The notes beneath the pieces are model-generated. The model was given only the letters and a program-made list of their open reading frames with translations. It was not told the DNA's origin and ran no database searches. Below, one piece after another: positions 11,096 to 20,879 of a DNA stretch of 64,000 nucleotides. Made by a program: the position numbers and the translations under genes. Source of the stretch: Candidatus Omnitrophota bacterium (GTDB lineage: Bacteria > Omnitrophota > Gorgyraeia > S143-82); assembly GCA_015494465.1 (NCBI GenBank), contig WGBD01000001.1, forward strand, positions 116,477 through 180,476, read 5' to 3'. The first letter of the stretch is position 1, and the number at the start of each line of letters is the position of its first letter.

Positions 11096-11616
11096 AGCCG
11101 TATCTCGCGCAGGAGCATAATGTTGCCCGGATAAGGGGCTATCATACTGGGATGCGTGTTCACCTCGTCGCTCCCCTCAGGGGAGGCAAGGTAATCCACC
11201 AGATAGTCGGCAAACCTCTGGACGTGCCACTCCTGCTCGGTCTCAAAGAGGTGCTCCACAAACGGGCATTCTTTATCCACACCCAGATATAGCACGCCAT
11301 CCCTGCGCACCAAGAGGAACGGATAGAGCCTGCAATCGAACGGTCTCAGCGGATATACCTCACAACAGTTCTTCTCGGGGTCGAAGAAAGGACATATGTA
11401 GTAGTCCCTGTATTGTTTCACCTTTACCCTGACATCAACGCTGGGATCCTCGTTGAAGGCCTTATTAAATACCGCTAATGGATATCCTCGGGCGATGAGT
11501 TCCTCCGCCTCCTTCGCGCTGAATACAGGTATCCAGGGACTGACCTGATTCGAGAACCTGCAGCACCTCTGACAGCGCAGACACCACTCCGAGGGAACGA
11601 ACTCGCGCAATCCCAT
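11092..11616 (-). CDS. YkgJ-family Cys-cluster (CxxCxxCC) protein
   Basis: CLRCQRCC...CPFF...CEVYPLRPFDCRLYPF. Confidence 0.85.
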   Translation of the reverse strand: MGLREFVPSEWCLRCQRCCRFSNQVSPWIPVFSAKEAEELIARGYPLAVFNKAFNEDPSVDVRVKVKQYRDYYICPFFDPEKNCCEVYPLRPFDCRLYPFLLVRRDGVLYLGVDKECPFVEHLFETEQEWHVQRFADYLVDYLASPEGSDEVNTHPSMIAPYPGNIMLLREIRL

Positions 11617-11631
11617 CTCCCATCCCCTTTT

Positions 11632-11967
11632 TTAATACCTCACGCACACAGCCACCGCGTACTCGTCGGTGTGGGATATAGAGACATCGTACTGCCCAAG
11701 TGGAGAATCCACCACCGGCCTGCCCGAATCCATCCGGGAAACCACTATCTTCCGATAAGGCAGGGGGATATCCAGCGTCTTTATCAGGGCCTCCTTGGCA
11801 GCGAACCTGCCCGCGAGGAACTGATATCGCCTCTTCCCCAAAAGGGCCTCGCTAAGCCTCAATTCCTCCTCGGAAAAGACCCTGCGCAGGAACCTCTCCC
11901 TCCAGCGCCTAACCACCCGTTCCACCTTGGACACCGAGACTATGTCCACACCGACCCTCAACTGCAT
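11632..11967 (-). CDS. acpS: holo-[acyl-carrier-protein] synthase
   Basis: GVDIV, LAGRFAAKEALIK, GRP, VSISH. Confidence 0.93.
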   Translation of the reverse strand: MQLRVGVDIVSVSKVERVVRRWRERFLRRVFSEEELRLSEALLGKRRYQFLAGRFAAKEALIKTLDIPLPYRKIVVSRMDSGRPVVDSPLGQYDVSISHTDEYAVAVCVRY

Positions 11968-13634
11968 CGACTTGGCCTCCAGTCCAGCATCTCCAACCGG
12001 GCCTCCTGCCAGCCATTATAACAATTCACCCTCGGACTTGCCACCAAATCTATCTTCTCCGCCCGCTCGATCCCCTCTACACGATCTGCCATACTAAATC
12101 CAACTACCGGAATACTCGTCTGCCCATCGGAGACCCAGAACTTCACCGTATCCCGGGACAGCCTGCGCACATCCGAGCGTATACGCAGCCCCGGAAAGAG
12201 AAACCGGGGAGGAGGATTGCCTTCTCCAAATGGAGCCAGCGATTCCATTGCAGATATGAGGGAGAAACTCAACATATCCAGACGCAATCGCCCGTCCAGA
12301 TCCATTACCGGGCGGGCATCCTTCAGTTCCTCCTTGGCCAGGGCATCGAGACAGTCGTGGAGGTCGTCGAGGAACCTCTTCTCCACCTCAAATCCCGCCG
12401 CCAATCCGTGCCCCCCAAACTCCAGAAGATACCTCTCACAGCGGGAGAGGGCATTGGTGATGTGGAAGTCTCCAAGTGAACGCGCAGATCCTCGGCCAGA
12501 GTCTCCATCCAAGGCAACTACCAGCGCCGGCATACCAAAATTGTCCACCAGTTTGGAAGCGACTATCCCCACCACCCCCGGATGCCATCCTTCTTCGGCA
12601 ACCAACAGGATGGACCTGCCCTGCGAGACCTGTTCCCGGGCTATCTCCATTGCCCGCCTCAATATATCCTCCTGCACCCGCTGTCTCTTGTCGTTGTATC
12701 CACACAACTCCTCTGCCATCCTCTTCGCGGATTCCTCTTTATCGGCTATCAGGAGGTCAAAGGACCTCCTCGCAGAATACATCCTCCCTGCGGAGTTTAT
12801 CCTCGGCCCCAAGACGAACCCTATTGACCGCACGGTGGGTCTTGAGAGCCGGGAGGCCTCCAACAGGGCCTTTAACCCCATCCGAGGCGAGGACGATATT
12901 GCAGGCAGCCCGTGGGCAACGATGATGCGGTTCTCGTCCAGAAGGGGAACCACATCTGCCACCGTGCCAAGTGTGGCTAGATCCAGAAATCTTACCCTAT
13001 CACCCAGGAGGTATTCGGCGATCTTATAAGCCACCCCTACGCCGGACAGGTCCTTATTGGGATAGGAACAGCCCTTCTGCTTGGGATTCACGATAGCGTC
13101 CGCAGGGGGCAGTTCCTCACCGGGAAGGTGGTGATCGGTTATCACCACATCTATCCCCTTGGACTTTAGATAAGCAACCCCCTTCACCGCCCTTATCCCG
13201 CAGTCAACGGTTATCACCAAAGAAGGATCCGGGCAGGCTTCCAAGGCGGAGGCAATCCCCTTCTCGCTCAGGCCGTATCCGTGGGCGTTCCTGTCGGGGA
13301 TAAACACGACCGCATCTCCGCCCAACTCCCGCACTAGTTCGTACATAATCACCGAGGCAGTGATACCGTCCACATCGTAATCACCGTAGATGAGGACCTT
13401 CGCCCCCAGCTGGCAGTGGCGTCTTATCAGTGCGGACGCAACCTCAACCCCCAGCATCAACTCCGGAGGATAGAGATAGTCCAGCGACGGGTTCAGAAAG
13501 CGCATAGCCTCGGTAGGGCCGGTTATCCCCCTCCTCACCAGGACATGGGCTATCAGGGGATGGAGCCCCAGGGCGGACTCTATCTCCTTGCGCTTGGCAG
13601 AATCCACCCTAGCCAGCCTCCAGCGATAGCGCAT
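11958..13634 (-). CDS. recJ: single-stranded-DNA-specific exonuclease RecJ
   Basis: YGDYDVDG, TVDCG, TDHH, LGTVADVVPL, PRINSAGR, RGSARS, GGHGLAAG, PFGEGNP. Confidence 0.95.
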   Translation of the reverse strand: MRYRWRLARVDSAKRKEIESALGLHPLIAHVLVRRGITGPTEAMRFLNPSLDYLYPPELMLGVEVASALIRRHCQLGAKVLIYGDYDVDGITASVIMYELVRELGGDAVVFIPDRNAHGYGLSEKGIASALEACPDPSLVITVDCGIRAVKGVAYLKSKGIDVVITDHHLPGEELPPADAIVNPKQKGCSYPNKDLSGVGVAYKIAEYLLGDRVRFLDLATLGTVADVVPLLDENRIIVAHGLPAISSSPRMGLKALLEASRLSRPTVRSIGFVLGPRINSAGRMYSARRSFDLLIADKEESAKRMAEELCGYNDKRQRVQEDILRRAMEIAREQVSQGRSILLVAEEGWHPGVVGIVASKLVDNFGMPALVVALDGDSGRGSARSLGDFHITNALSRCERYLLEFGGHGLAAGFEVEKRFLDDLHDCLDALAKEELKDARPVMDLDGRLRLDMLSFSLISAMESLAPFGEGNPPPRFLFPGLRIRSDVRRLSRDTVKFWVSDGQTSIPVVGFSMADRVEGIERAEKIDLVASPRVNCYNGWQEARLEMLDWRPSRCS

Positions 13635-14524
13635 CACCACTTCCCCGTTCTTACATACTCGCCGGCGTGATACCCCGCAACACAGCCTTGACCAACCGCC
13701 TTGGCCAGTTGGAACGGCGCCCCGGTCACATCTCCGGCAGCGAATATGCCCTTTACACTGGTGCGCTGGTTGGTATCCACCACGATAAACTTCATACTCA
13801 CCGGATCCAACTGGATGCCCAGTTGCATCGCCAACTCGTAGGCCCCTCTTGAGCCCAACTCTATAAAGACCCCATCCACCGGGATCTCACCTTCGGAGAG
13901 AACCAGAGATTCCACCTTCTCCGTCCCCTTTATCTCCTTTACCTCGGCGGGCAGGACCTCAACACCCTTGTCCTTAAGCTCGTCCAATCTCTCCCCCGAG
14001 GCCTCCAGAGAGGGCCACATCAGATAGACCTTCCGGGCAAACCGGGTAAGGAGTTCGCTTGCCCGAAGGGCAGCACTACCTCCCCCTATTACTGCAACCA
14101 CCTTTCCCCGGAAGAACATACAATCGCAATCCGCACAATAACTAACACCCCTGCCCAGAAACTCCTTCTCACCGGGCACATTCAGCCTCTCGTGCCTCAT
14201 CCCCGGGGCCATAACCAACGCCCGACACAGGACTTGCTCCTTTTCCCCTAATATCAGAAAACCGCCATCCTTGATCTCCACATCCACCACATCCTCTTCC
14301 AGAAACTCCACCCCCAACTCCTTCGCCTTCTCCCTGCTATTGATCAACAACTCCTGTCCCGATATCGGATAGGAGAGGGAGAGGTAATTGTCTATGTGGG
14401 CGTTCCAGAGATTGCTGGCCTCCAACCTGCCGAAGACCAGGACCTTTGACCTGCGACTGGCATGGATACTTGCCTGCAGGCCGGCAGGCCCCGATCCCAT
14501 TATCACTACCTCTGTCTCCTTCAC
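13634..14524 (-). CDS. thioredoxin reductase-like flavoprotein
   Basis: GSGPAG FAD motif, GRGVSYCADCD redox pair, GGGSAA, GIFAAGD. Confidence 0.85.
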   Translation of the reverse strand: MKETEVVIMGSGPAGLQASIHASRRSKVLVFGRLEASNLWNAHIDNYLSLSYPISGQELLINSREKAKELGVEFLEEDVVDVEIKDGGFLILGEKEQVLCRALVMAPGMRHERLNVPGEKEFLGRGVSYCADCDCMFFRGKVVAVIGGGSAALRASELLTRFARKVYLMWPSLEASGERLDELKDKGVEVLPAEVKEIKGTEKVESLVLSEGEIPVDGVFIELGSRGAYELAMQLGIQLDPVSMKFIVVDTNQRTSVKGIFAAGDVTGAPFQLAKAVGQGCVAGYHAGEYVRTGKW

Positions 14525-15210
14525 GAGTTCACCTCCTGAGGATACTCTATCTTCCTTATCACCAGTGTATAAGGCAATATCGGGATCGCCCCTGCCACCC
14601 TCACCGGCAGGCGCTTATCCCGGGATACCCACAACCTTATCTTCGCCGGCCGGGTAAAGACCTCCCAGGTGTCGAACACCCCTACGTGAGTGCTCATCTT
14701 CCCACCATCGCGCACCATCACCTCGTAACTGCCGGTTGGCAGGTTGACCTCCTTGATGGCATCCACCCCCCGGAAAAACGACTTCAGTATGACCAAGAAT
14801 ACGTTGTCCAGCGGTCCTTTTCCCTTCAGTACCTGCTCTCCGTCTCCTTCCTTTATCACCCGCACCTGCCCCTTCTCGGGATAGTAGATCTCCTCTATCC
14901 GTTCGTCCCTGCCCATGTACCTGACCTGTCGCCTTACCCTGATGGGGACGAGGGTCTGGGGATCCGCGAAGATATCCTCGGTATCCCTTAACTGGGGCGT
15001 TATCACCCTCACCCTTATGTGCCACAGGGGCCTATCCTCACCCTCCAGTGTGGTCATACCGAGGTCCTCTATCCAGGCCTTACCAATGCGAAACATACCC
15101 AACTTCACATCGTAAACCAACCTGGGCAGGGCCCCAATCCTATCCGCAAAGGATACCGTCCCCCACATCAGCGCAAGGATCCACCCAAGGGCAAGAAGCC
15201 TAAGGCCCAT
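14521..15210 (-). CDS. exported DUF3108-like beta-rich protein
   Basis: Signal peptide; LVYDV...IGKA, VGVFDT, IRLWVSRDKRLPVRV pattern. Confidence 0.65.
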   Translation of the reverse strand: MGLRLLALGWILALMWGTVSFADRIGALPRLVYDVKLGMFRIGKAWIEDLGMTTLEGEDRPLWHIRVRVITPQLRDTEDIFADPQTLVPIRVRRQVRYMGRDERIEEIYYPEKGQVRVIKEGDGEQVLKGKGPLDNVFLVILKSFFRGVDAIKEVNLPTGSYEVMVRDGGKMSTHVGVFDTWEVFTRPAKIRLWVSRDKRLPVRVAGAIPILPYTLVIRKIEYPQEVNS

Positions 15211-17276
15211 CGCACCCCCTTTATCGCCAAAAAGACCCCCACTGATACCGCCAATCCCCAGAGAAAAGACCTCACCGCGGTCTTCCTATCCAAGGCCTTC
15301 GCCACTGCCCTATAGGCAGAAAAACAACCCGGCAGTAGGAACAATAGCACCATCAGGTCAGGAGAGGATATCCCATAGGCAGGGAACCTCATCCCCCGGA
15401 AGACCACCTCCACCGCCAAGACCAATTCCCTTGCCCACAAGCCAAACACCAGGGCCAGGAGATCAAGACCCGCAAGATCCCCCACCTTTACACTGTCCAA
15501 CCACCCGCCTATGGGGGTGTAGGTCTTCACCGCCCACAGGACCAGAGAGACTCCCAGAAACACACCTGCCACCTTCCGGGCGTACCCGAAGGCGTGATAG
15601 CAACCCTGCTCCAGAGCGGAGATCAGAGGGACCCACCTCAAGGCAGGCAGGGCAGTTATAGAAGGCGCTTCCAACGAGCGGGCACCGATTATCCCCTTAA
15701 AGAGCCGGGCAAACAGGGCAGTGTAGATCAACGAGGCCAAGATTAGAGAAAAGAGCCAACCAGTGGCCTCCCAGAAGGGAAGACTAACGAACAACACGAA
15801 GGCAAACACCACCCACACCCCAAGGCAGTTCCCCATGGGCAGGGCCATCGTCAGGGCGGTCCGGTCCCTTCCCTGAAGGAGCCTGCCCGCCAGCTCCACT
15901 GCGGGTATAGAACAGCCCAGATTGTGGAGCAACGGGACCAGAGAGACCCCGTGGAACCCAAAGAGGTGCAGGACGGGGTCCAAGGCAAAGGCTATCTTGT
16001 ACATCAAGTGGCTCTCGTGTAACAAGGTCTGGAAGAAAAAGAAGACAAACGAACTCAAGACAAACATCAGCAGTATCCCCAAAAAGAAGACCCCCCCTTG
16101 CACATACAAAGGTACTCCCCGGAGGCCCCCTATCAAGTGCAGGAGCCACATACCGGCCTTTACCGCCCCGCCCACGGAAAGGGCAAGACCGTAAAGCCAA
16201 CCTAAAAGTACGAGCCCCCAAAATAACCTGCCGACTACCTCCCGGGCAAAGGCCCTATCCTGCTTGCTCTCCTCCAGGACCCCCCTCACCAGGGCCAACC
16301 TCCTATCAAATACGCACTCCTCAAGCGACCTGCCGGTGAGGTGCCGACACCGCTCTTCACAGAAACGCCGTCCCTCTATCAACCTCTCCCGCACCTGAGG
16401 GTTCTTGAAGAATACCAAGGCATCCTGTTCCGATTCAAAGACCTTCACTACAACCCCGTCGAGAGGATAGACTATGCTGCACTCGCCTTCGGGTATCTCG
16501 CCTTTCACCCTCAACAGGCACTCCTCCAACGGAAACTCCAGAGGAAGCGAAAAGCGCACCTCCCCCGGGCCCTTTTCCAGAGACGCCAAGACCGCATCCA
16601 TTCCATAACCCCTCGCGGAAGAGACATAAACCACCTCAACCCCCGTCAACTCCCGGATCCTGCGGGCATCGTACCTGCTCAAGGACCCGTTTACCGCTAA
16701 GACGACACGCTTGCCGAGATCAACCAGATAGTGCACCAGAAGGAGATCCCTTTCAAGTGTCTCCTCTCTACCCAAAACGACTATCCAGTCGTAACTGCCC
16801 TCCAAGGCCAGCCTTAATCCCACCTCTTCGTACACCGACCAGGGAGGATCGGACATAACCGAAGGCAGGACGGAAAAGCGGATCCTCTTGTGCCTCCATA
16901 TGGTCTGCCCCACGAGGATAGGGGCCAAGGTCCCCTTGCGGACTTCCTCCTCGATCCCCCCACACACCTTAGAGATAAGGGCCCGTTTGCCTGCCCCGGC
17001 GAGGCCCAACACCGCTATCTCCAAGTAGACCTCCACATCCTCTTCAACGAATATGCGATCCAAGAGACCCCGTCCGACGATAACCTTACTACCGTTGACT
17101 ATTACCGAAAAGGGCCCGTTGGCAGAGAACCTATTCGTTATCACCACTCTGCTCCCCGGCAGGATCCCCAAACCGATAAGCCTGCACTGGGCCTCTCTAC
17201 CGCAGTCGAACTCCACCACCTTGAGTGGAACACCCACCGGTGCCTGTTTGAGTGGCAAACGGGATCCCATGGTCAT
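15168..17276 (-). CDS. FeoA domain fused to a degenerate FeoB-like protein
   Basis: N-terminal FeoA (RLIGLGILPG...GPFSVIVNGSKVIVGRG); altered G-domain; membrane part HGVSLVPLLHNLGCSIPA, ARELV, LPGCF parallels FeoB. Confidence 0.8.
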   Translation of the reverse strand: MTMGSRLPLKQAPVGVPLKVVEFDCGREAQCRLIGLGILPGSRVVITNRFSANGPFSVIVNGSKVIVGRGLLDRIFVEEDVEVYLEIAVLGLAGAGKRALISKVCGGIEEEVRKGTLAPILVGQTIWRHKRIRFSVLPSVMSDPPWSVYEEVGLRLALEGSYDWIVVLGREETLERDLLLVHYLVDLGKRVVLAVNGSLSRYDARRIRELTGVEVVYVSSARGYGMDAVLASLEKGPGEVRFSLPLEFPLEECLLRVKGEIPEGECSIVYPLDGVVVKVFESEQDALVFFKNPQVRERLIEGRRFCEERCRHLTGRSLEECVFDRRLALVRGVLEESKQDRAFAREVVGRLFWGLVLLGWLYGLALSVGGAVKAGMWLLHLIGGLRGVPLYVQGGVFFLGILLMFVLSSFVFFFFQTLLHESHLMYKIAFALDPVLHLFGFHGVSLVPLLHNLGCSIPAVELAGRLLQGRDRTALTMALPMGNCLGVWVVFAFVLFVSLPFWEATGWLFSLILASLIYTALFARLFKGIIGARSLEAPSITALPALRWVPLISALEQGCYHAFGYARKVAGVFLGVSLVLWAVKTYTPIGGWLDSVKVGDLAGLDLLALVFGLWARELVLAVEVVFRGMRFPAYGISSPDLMVLLFLLPGCFSAYRAVAKALDRKTAVRSFLWGLAVSVGVFLAIKGVRWALGFLPLGGSLR

Positions 17277-17284
17277 AACGATGC

Positions 17285-17458
17285 CTAACCCGCCCTGAAG
17301 AACCTGTCCTTGCTCCCAAAAGGAGAGACCTTTACCTCCACCTTCTTCCCGCACTTGGGACAAAACCCAACGAATGCATCCTTCTTCCGGTTCAGATATA
17401 TCCTCTGATAGACCCTACAGCAGTCAAAGATTATACCCAAAAAGGGGGACCTCTTCAT
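17285..17458 (-). CDS. small 57-aa Cys-rich protein (CC...CxxC), missed by the ORF track
   Basis: MKRSPFLGIIFDCCRVYQRIYLNRKKDAFVGFCPKCGKKVEVKVSPFGSKDRFFRAG; fills the gap between panB (6 nt) and feoA-feoB-like (8 nt). Confidence 0.8.
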   Translation of the reverse strand: MKRSPFLGIIFDCCRVYQRIYLNRKKDAFVGFCPKCGKKVEVKVSPFGSKDRFFRAG

Positions 17459-17464
17459 AGGATT

Positions 17465-18259
17465 CTATTTATAGACGTTCTCCTCGCCCGGGAAGATGCC
17501 GGAACGGACCTCCTCCACGAACCTCTTTACCGCAGAGGAGACGACCTCGTAACCGTTGGCATACCTGCGCACGAACTTGGGGAGGATCCGGTCGTACAAA
17601 CCCACGATATCCGAGAATACCAAAACCTGACCGTCGCAGAACCTCCCCGCACCTATCCCTATAACCGGGACATCAACCGCATCGGCTATGTCCGCACCCA
17701 ACGGCTCAGGCACGCACTCCAGCACTATCGCAAACACCCCCGCCTCCTCCAAGGCCTTGGCCTGACCGATAAGGGCCTTTGCCTCCTCTATCCCCCTGCC
17801 CTTTACTCTATATCCCTCGGAGAAGACACTGCTCTGGGGGGTAAGACCGATGTGGCCCATCACCTGAATACCTGCATCTACCATCCTGTCTATTGCCGAA
17901 AGCACTGCATCCGAGGCCCCCTCTACCTTCACCGCGCTTGCCCCTGCAAACTTGACGAATGCCCCTGCATTGCGCACCGCAGACTCAACCGACTCCTGAT
18001 AACTCATAAACGGCATGTCCGCCACCACGAACCCCTCGGGCGCCCCCCGTCTGACCGCCTTGACGAACACCATCATCTCCTCAACCGTCACCGGAAGGGT
18101 GGAATCGTAGCCCAACAGCGTCATGGCCAGAGAATCTCCTACCAATATGATGTCTACCCCCGCCTCCGCACAGACCTTCGCAGAGACATAATCGTAGGCA
18201 CTCACCATCACTATCGGGGACTTACCCTTGCGCGCTTTAATCTCTTTCACCGTCAACAT
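17465..18259 (-). CDS. panB: 3-methyl-2-oxobutanoate hydroxymethyltransferase
   Basis: SAYD, ILVGDSL, VADMPFMSY, AVKVEG, MGHIGLTPQ, GIGAG..CDGQVLV. Confidence 0.96.
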   Translation of the reverse strand: MLTVKEIKARKGKSPIVMVSAYDYVSAKVCAEAGVDIILVGDSLAMTLLGYDSTLPVTVEEMMVFVKAVRRGAPEGFVVADMPFMSYQESVESAVRNAGAFVKFAGASAVKVEGASDAVLSAIDRMVDAGIQVMGHIGLTPQSSVFSEGYRVKGRGIEEAKALIGQAKALEEAGVFAIVLECVPEPLGADIADAVDVPVIGIGAGRFCDGQVLVFSDIVGLYDRILPKFVRRYANGYEVVSSAVKRFVEEVRSGIFPGEENVYK

Positions 18260-18864
18260 AGCCACCGCAAAATCACCTCCGCCACAGGGAATATCACCAT
18301 TCCCACCACACCTGTCATCAACAACACCAAGGCCAATATAAATCCGACCCCTTCCCACTTTCTGTACTCCACATAAAGCGACGGCGGAAGCAGGGCACTC
18401 AATATGTGCCCACCGTCGAAGCCCGGTATGGGCAGGAGATTGAACAGGGCGAGAACCACATTCACCCCGCCGAGGGAAAGGAACAGGACCGACGCCGAGG
18501 GATTAAAACTAAACCTGGCCATCTTGCAGAATACAAAGGCAAGGAGGAGATTTGCCGAGGGACCGGCAAGGGAACACAGGGCTACGCCGAGCCTCAGATT
18601 CCTAACCCGGGTAAAGTTGAGCGGATTTATGGGCACCGGTTTGGCATAGCCTATAAGGTAAGGCGAACGAAGAAGGAACAACACCGCAGGCAGGATAACA
18701 CTGCCCACCGGATCCAGATGGGCCAACGGATTGAGGGTCAACCTACCCCGCCGATACGCGGTGTCATCGCCCAAGAGGTAGGCGACATAACCGTGGGCCA
18801 ACTCGTGGACTACCACTGAATACAGGAACAAAACCCCAAATATTACATACAATAATAACCCCAT
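18253..18864 (-). CDS. site-2 protease (M50) family intramembrane metalloprotease
   Basis: HELAH, GRLTLNPLAHLDP, AGP, FNLLPIPGFDG. Confidence 0.92.
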   Translation of the reverse strand: MGLLLYVIFGVLFLYSVVVHELAHGYVAYLLGDDTAYRRGRLTLNPLAHLDPVGSVILPAVLFLLRSPYLIGYAKPVPINPLNFTRVRNLRLGVALCSLAGPSANLLLAFVFCKMARFSFNPSASVLFLSLGGVNVVLALFNLLPIPGFDGGHILSALLPPSLYVEYRKWEGVGFILALVLLMTGVVGMVIFPVAEVILRWLC

Positions 18865-18900
18865 ACCAACTCCTGCGCCTATCCATCCCAAACCCACTTC

Positions 18901-18925
18901 ATTTTATCACAAGTTATGCTATAAT
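18901..18925. promoter_or_regulatory. back-to-back extended -10 promoters
   Basis: TGCTATAAT on + (18917-18925) and TGATAAAAT on - (18901-18909) in a short AT-rich divergent gap. Confidence 0.55.
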
Positions 18926-18932
18926 TTAGCCT

Positions 18933-20087
18933 ATGAATGAACATCCCACCGAGGCCTCCAGACTCAAGCGCGAATTGGAACGCCTGCAGAGGCAACTCAC
19001 CATATTCTACGAGATATCCAACGCGATGCTCACCACCCTCAACCTCGACGAGATACTCTACATCATACTCACCGGGATAACATCCCACGCAGGGATAGGA
19101 CTGAACCGGGCAATGCTCTTTCTGGTCAACCGGGCAAAAAATACCTTAGAAGGGGTGATGGGCATAGGCCCGGGCTCGGGAGAGGAGGCCCGACGAATAT
19201 GGCAGTTTATAGAGACCTCCCGGATGGACCTAAACGACCTCATTGCCCAGTACAAGCACTCCCGGAGGGTAGCGGACTCAAAACTTAACCAACTGGTAAA
19301 AAACTTTGAGATCTCCATCTCCCCGGAGAACGGAATCCTCGCCAAGGCAGTGCTGGACGGGACCCTAAAGCACATCCGTCCACCCGAATCCGAACACTAC
19401 CGCAACGATCCGCTGATAAAGGAGTTGGGCAGTGAGGAGTTCGTGGTGGTGCCCCTAAAGGCCCACGATCGAATCGTCGGGGTAATACTCGCCGACAACA
19501 TCTTCAGCGGACACCCCATAACTGACGAGGACATAAAGATGCTAACGATGTTCGCCAATCAGGCAGGACTGGCCATAGAAAACTCCCTCTTATACCAGCA
19601 GGCTTTACTGCGCGCCCACACCGACTCCCTCACCCAACTCTGGAACCACGGCTACTTCCAGCACAAACTGGATGAACTCCTCAAAGAGCATCAGGAAAAG
19701 CAACATCCCTTATCCCTACTTCTGATAGACATCGACGACTTCAAACGCTACAACGACGAACACGGCCACCAGAAGGGCGACGAGATACTCAAGAACATCG
19801 CCAAGATACTAAAGGACCACTGCCGGAATATCGACCTGCCCTGCCGATACGGAGGAGAGGAGTTCGCCCTCATCCTACCCGACACCGGCAAGTCCGAGGC
19901 CCTAAACATTGCGGAAAGATTGCGCAAGACCGTAGAAGAGGCAGGCCTGCCTACGCTGAGCATCGGCGTAGCCACCTTCCCCGATGACGCCACCACCAAA
20001 GAGGAACTGATAGAACTGGCAGACGCTGCCCTGTATCGGGCAAAGCGCTTGGGAAAGAATCAGGTACAGAACCCTGATTCTCAATAG
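18933..20087 (+). CDS. GAF-domain diguanylate cyclase
   Basis: GAF ending QAGLAIEN; TDSLTQLWN, DIDDFK, RNID I-site, RYGGEEF. Confidence 0.93.
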   Translation: MNEHPTEASRLKRELERLQRQLTIFYEISNAMLTTLNLDEILYIILTGITSHAGIGLNRAMLFLVNRAKNTLEGVMGIGPGSGEEARRIWQFIETSRMDLNDLIAQYKHSRRVADSKLNQLVKNFEISISPENGILAKAVLDGTLKHIRPPESEHYRNDPLIKELGSEEFVVVPLKAHDRIVGVILADNIFSGHPITDEDIKMLTMFANQAGLAIENSLLYQQALLRAHTDSLTQLWNHGYFQHKLDELLKEHQEKQHPLSLLLIDIDDFKRYNDEHGHQKGDEILKNIAKILKDHCRNIDLPCRYGGEEFALILPDTGKSEALNIAERLRKTVEEAGLPTLSIGVATFPDDATTKEELIELADAALYRAKRLGKNQVQNPDSQ

Positions 20088-20827
20088 CGCCTGCGGGGGA
20101 TACCAATCAAGGCCAACCCCAGCGCCAGGAGTAACCCGCTCGCCGGCTCAGGGACTACGCCTTGAGGGGTGTAATTGTATCCAAAGCCCGGATCGGAGGA
20201 AGAGGAGAAGTTCGGATCCTTAGTAGTAAGATAGAAGACCGGGCTGTGGTAGTCCCACTCCCCATTAAACAGTATACCAAACCCATCCGAGGATTCACCT
20301 GGCCCTAGAGAATAATCCTCGATATTAAAGTAGGCCATGTACAGATAGTCGTAGCCTCCAAATAAACTTTCCAAGTCCGTCAACAATCCAGAAAGCTCCC
20401 GAGAATCCATATCAAAGATCTCACCGATGCCAGCCACCAGGGTCTGGAGTGTGATCTCGGTTTCCCCCACAGTAGAGGACCATCCCGGGAAACCTAATTC
20501 CAATTCGAGATTGGGGTAGGGAAGAAAATCCTCAGGCAGACCGCTTAAACCCACCACGAAGGCCCACAGGTAACTATCCTCCGAATCGTTGTGGACATCA
20601 AAGACCAGATCCCACATGTAATCCCCTATAGGACCCTCGTTTGGTCGGAGTGACTCAAAGACGCGATAATCCGAATAGTAGGTGAGTGTCTTGTAGCCTT
20701 CCCAAGGATTCGGTACCCGGGCATTACCTCCGTTGGCCCCGCCACCTCCCCCGAGGAATCCCATAGAAAATCCCTTGAGGGAAAATAGTACCAGGAACCC
20801 AACTACGAGTAAAACAACGCGTTTCAT
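20081..20827 (-). CDS. PEP-CTERM sorting-domain surface protein
   Basis: Signal peptide; C-terminal VPEPASGLLLALGLALIGIPRRRY; strong AAGGAGG SD. Confidence 0.88.
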   Translation of the reverse strand: MKRVVLLVVGFLVLFSLKGFSMGFLGGGGGANGGNARVPNPWEGYKTLTYYSDYRVFESLRPNEGPIGDYMWDLVFDVHNDSEDSYLWAFVVGLSGLPEDFLPYPNLELELGFPGWSSTVGETEITLQTLVAGIGEIFDMDSRELSGLLTDLESLFGGYDYLYMAYFNIEDYSLGPGESSDGFGILFNGEWDYHSPVFYLTTKDPNFSSSSDPGFGYNYTPQGVVPEPASGLLLALGLALIGIPRRRY

Positions 20828-20879
20828 CTCTAAAAACCTCCTTAGTCGCTATCCCCACCGCTCACCACTCTATTGAGCG

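Noticed and set aside
17277-17460. Apparent long leader or riboswitch with TATAAT upstream of the feoA-feoB-like gene
   Set aside because: Better explained as a 57-aa CDS; the TATAAT falls within its G-I-I codons
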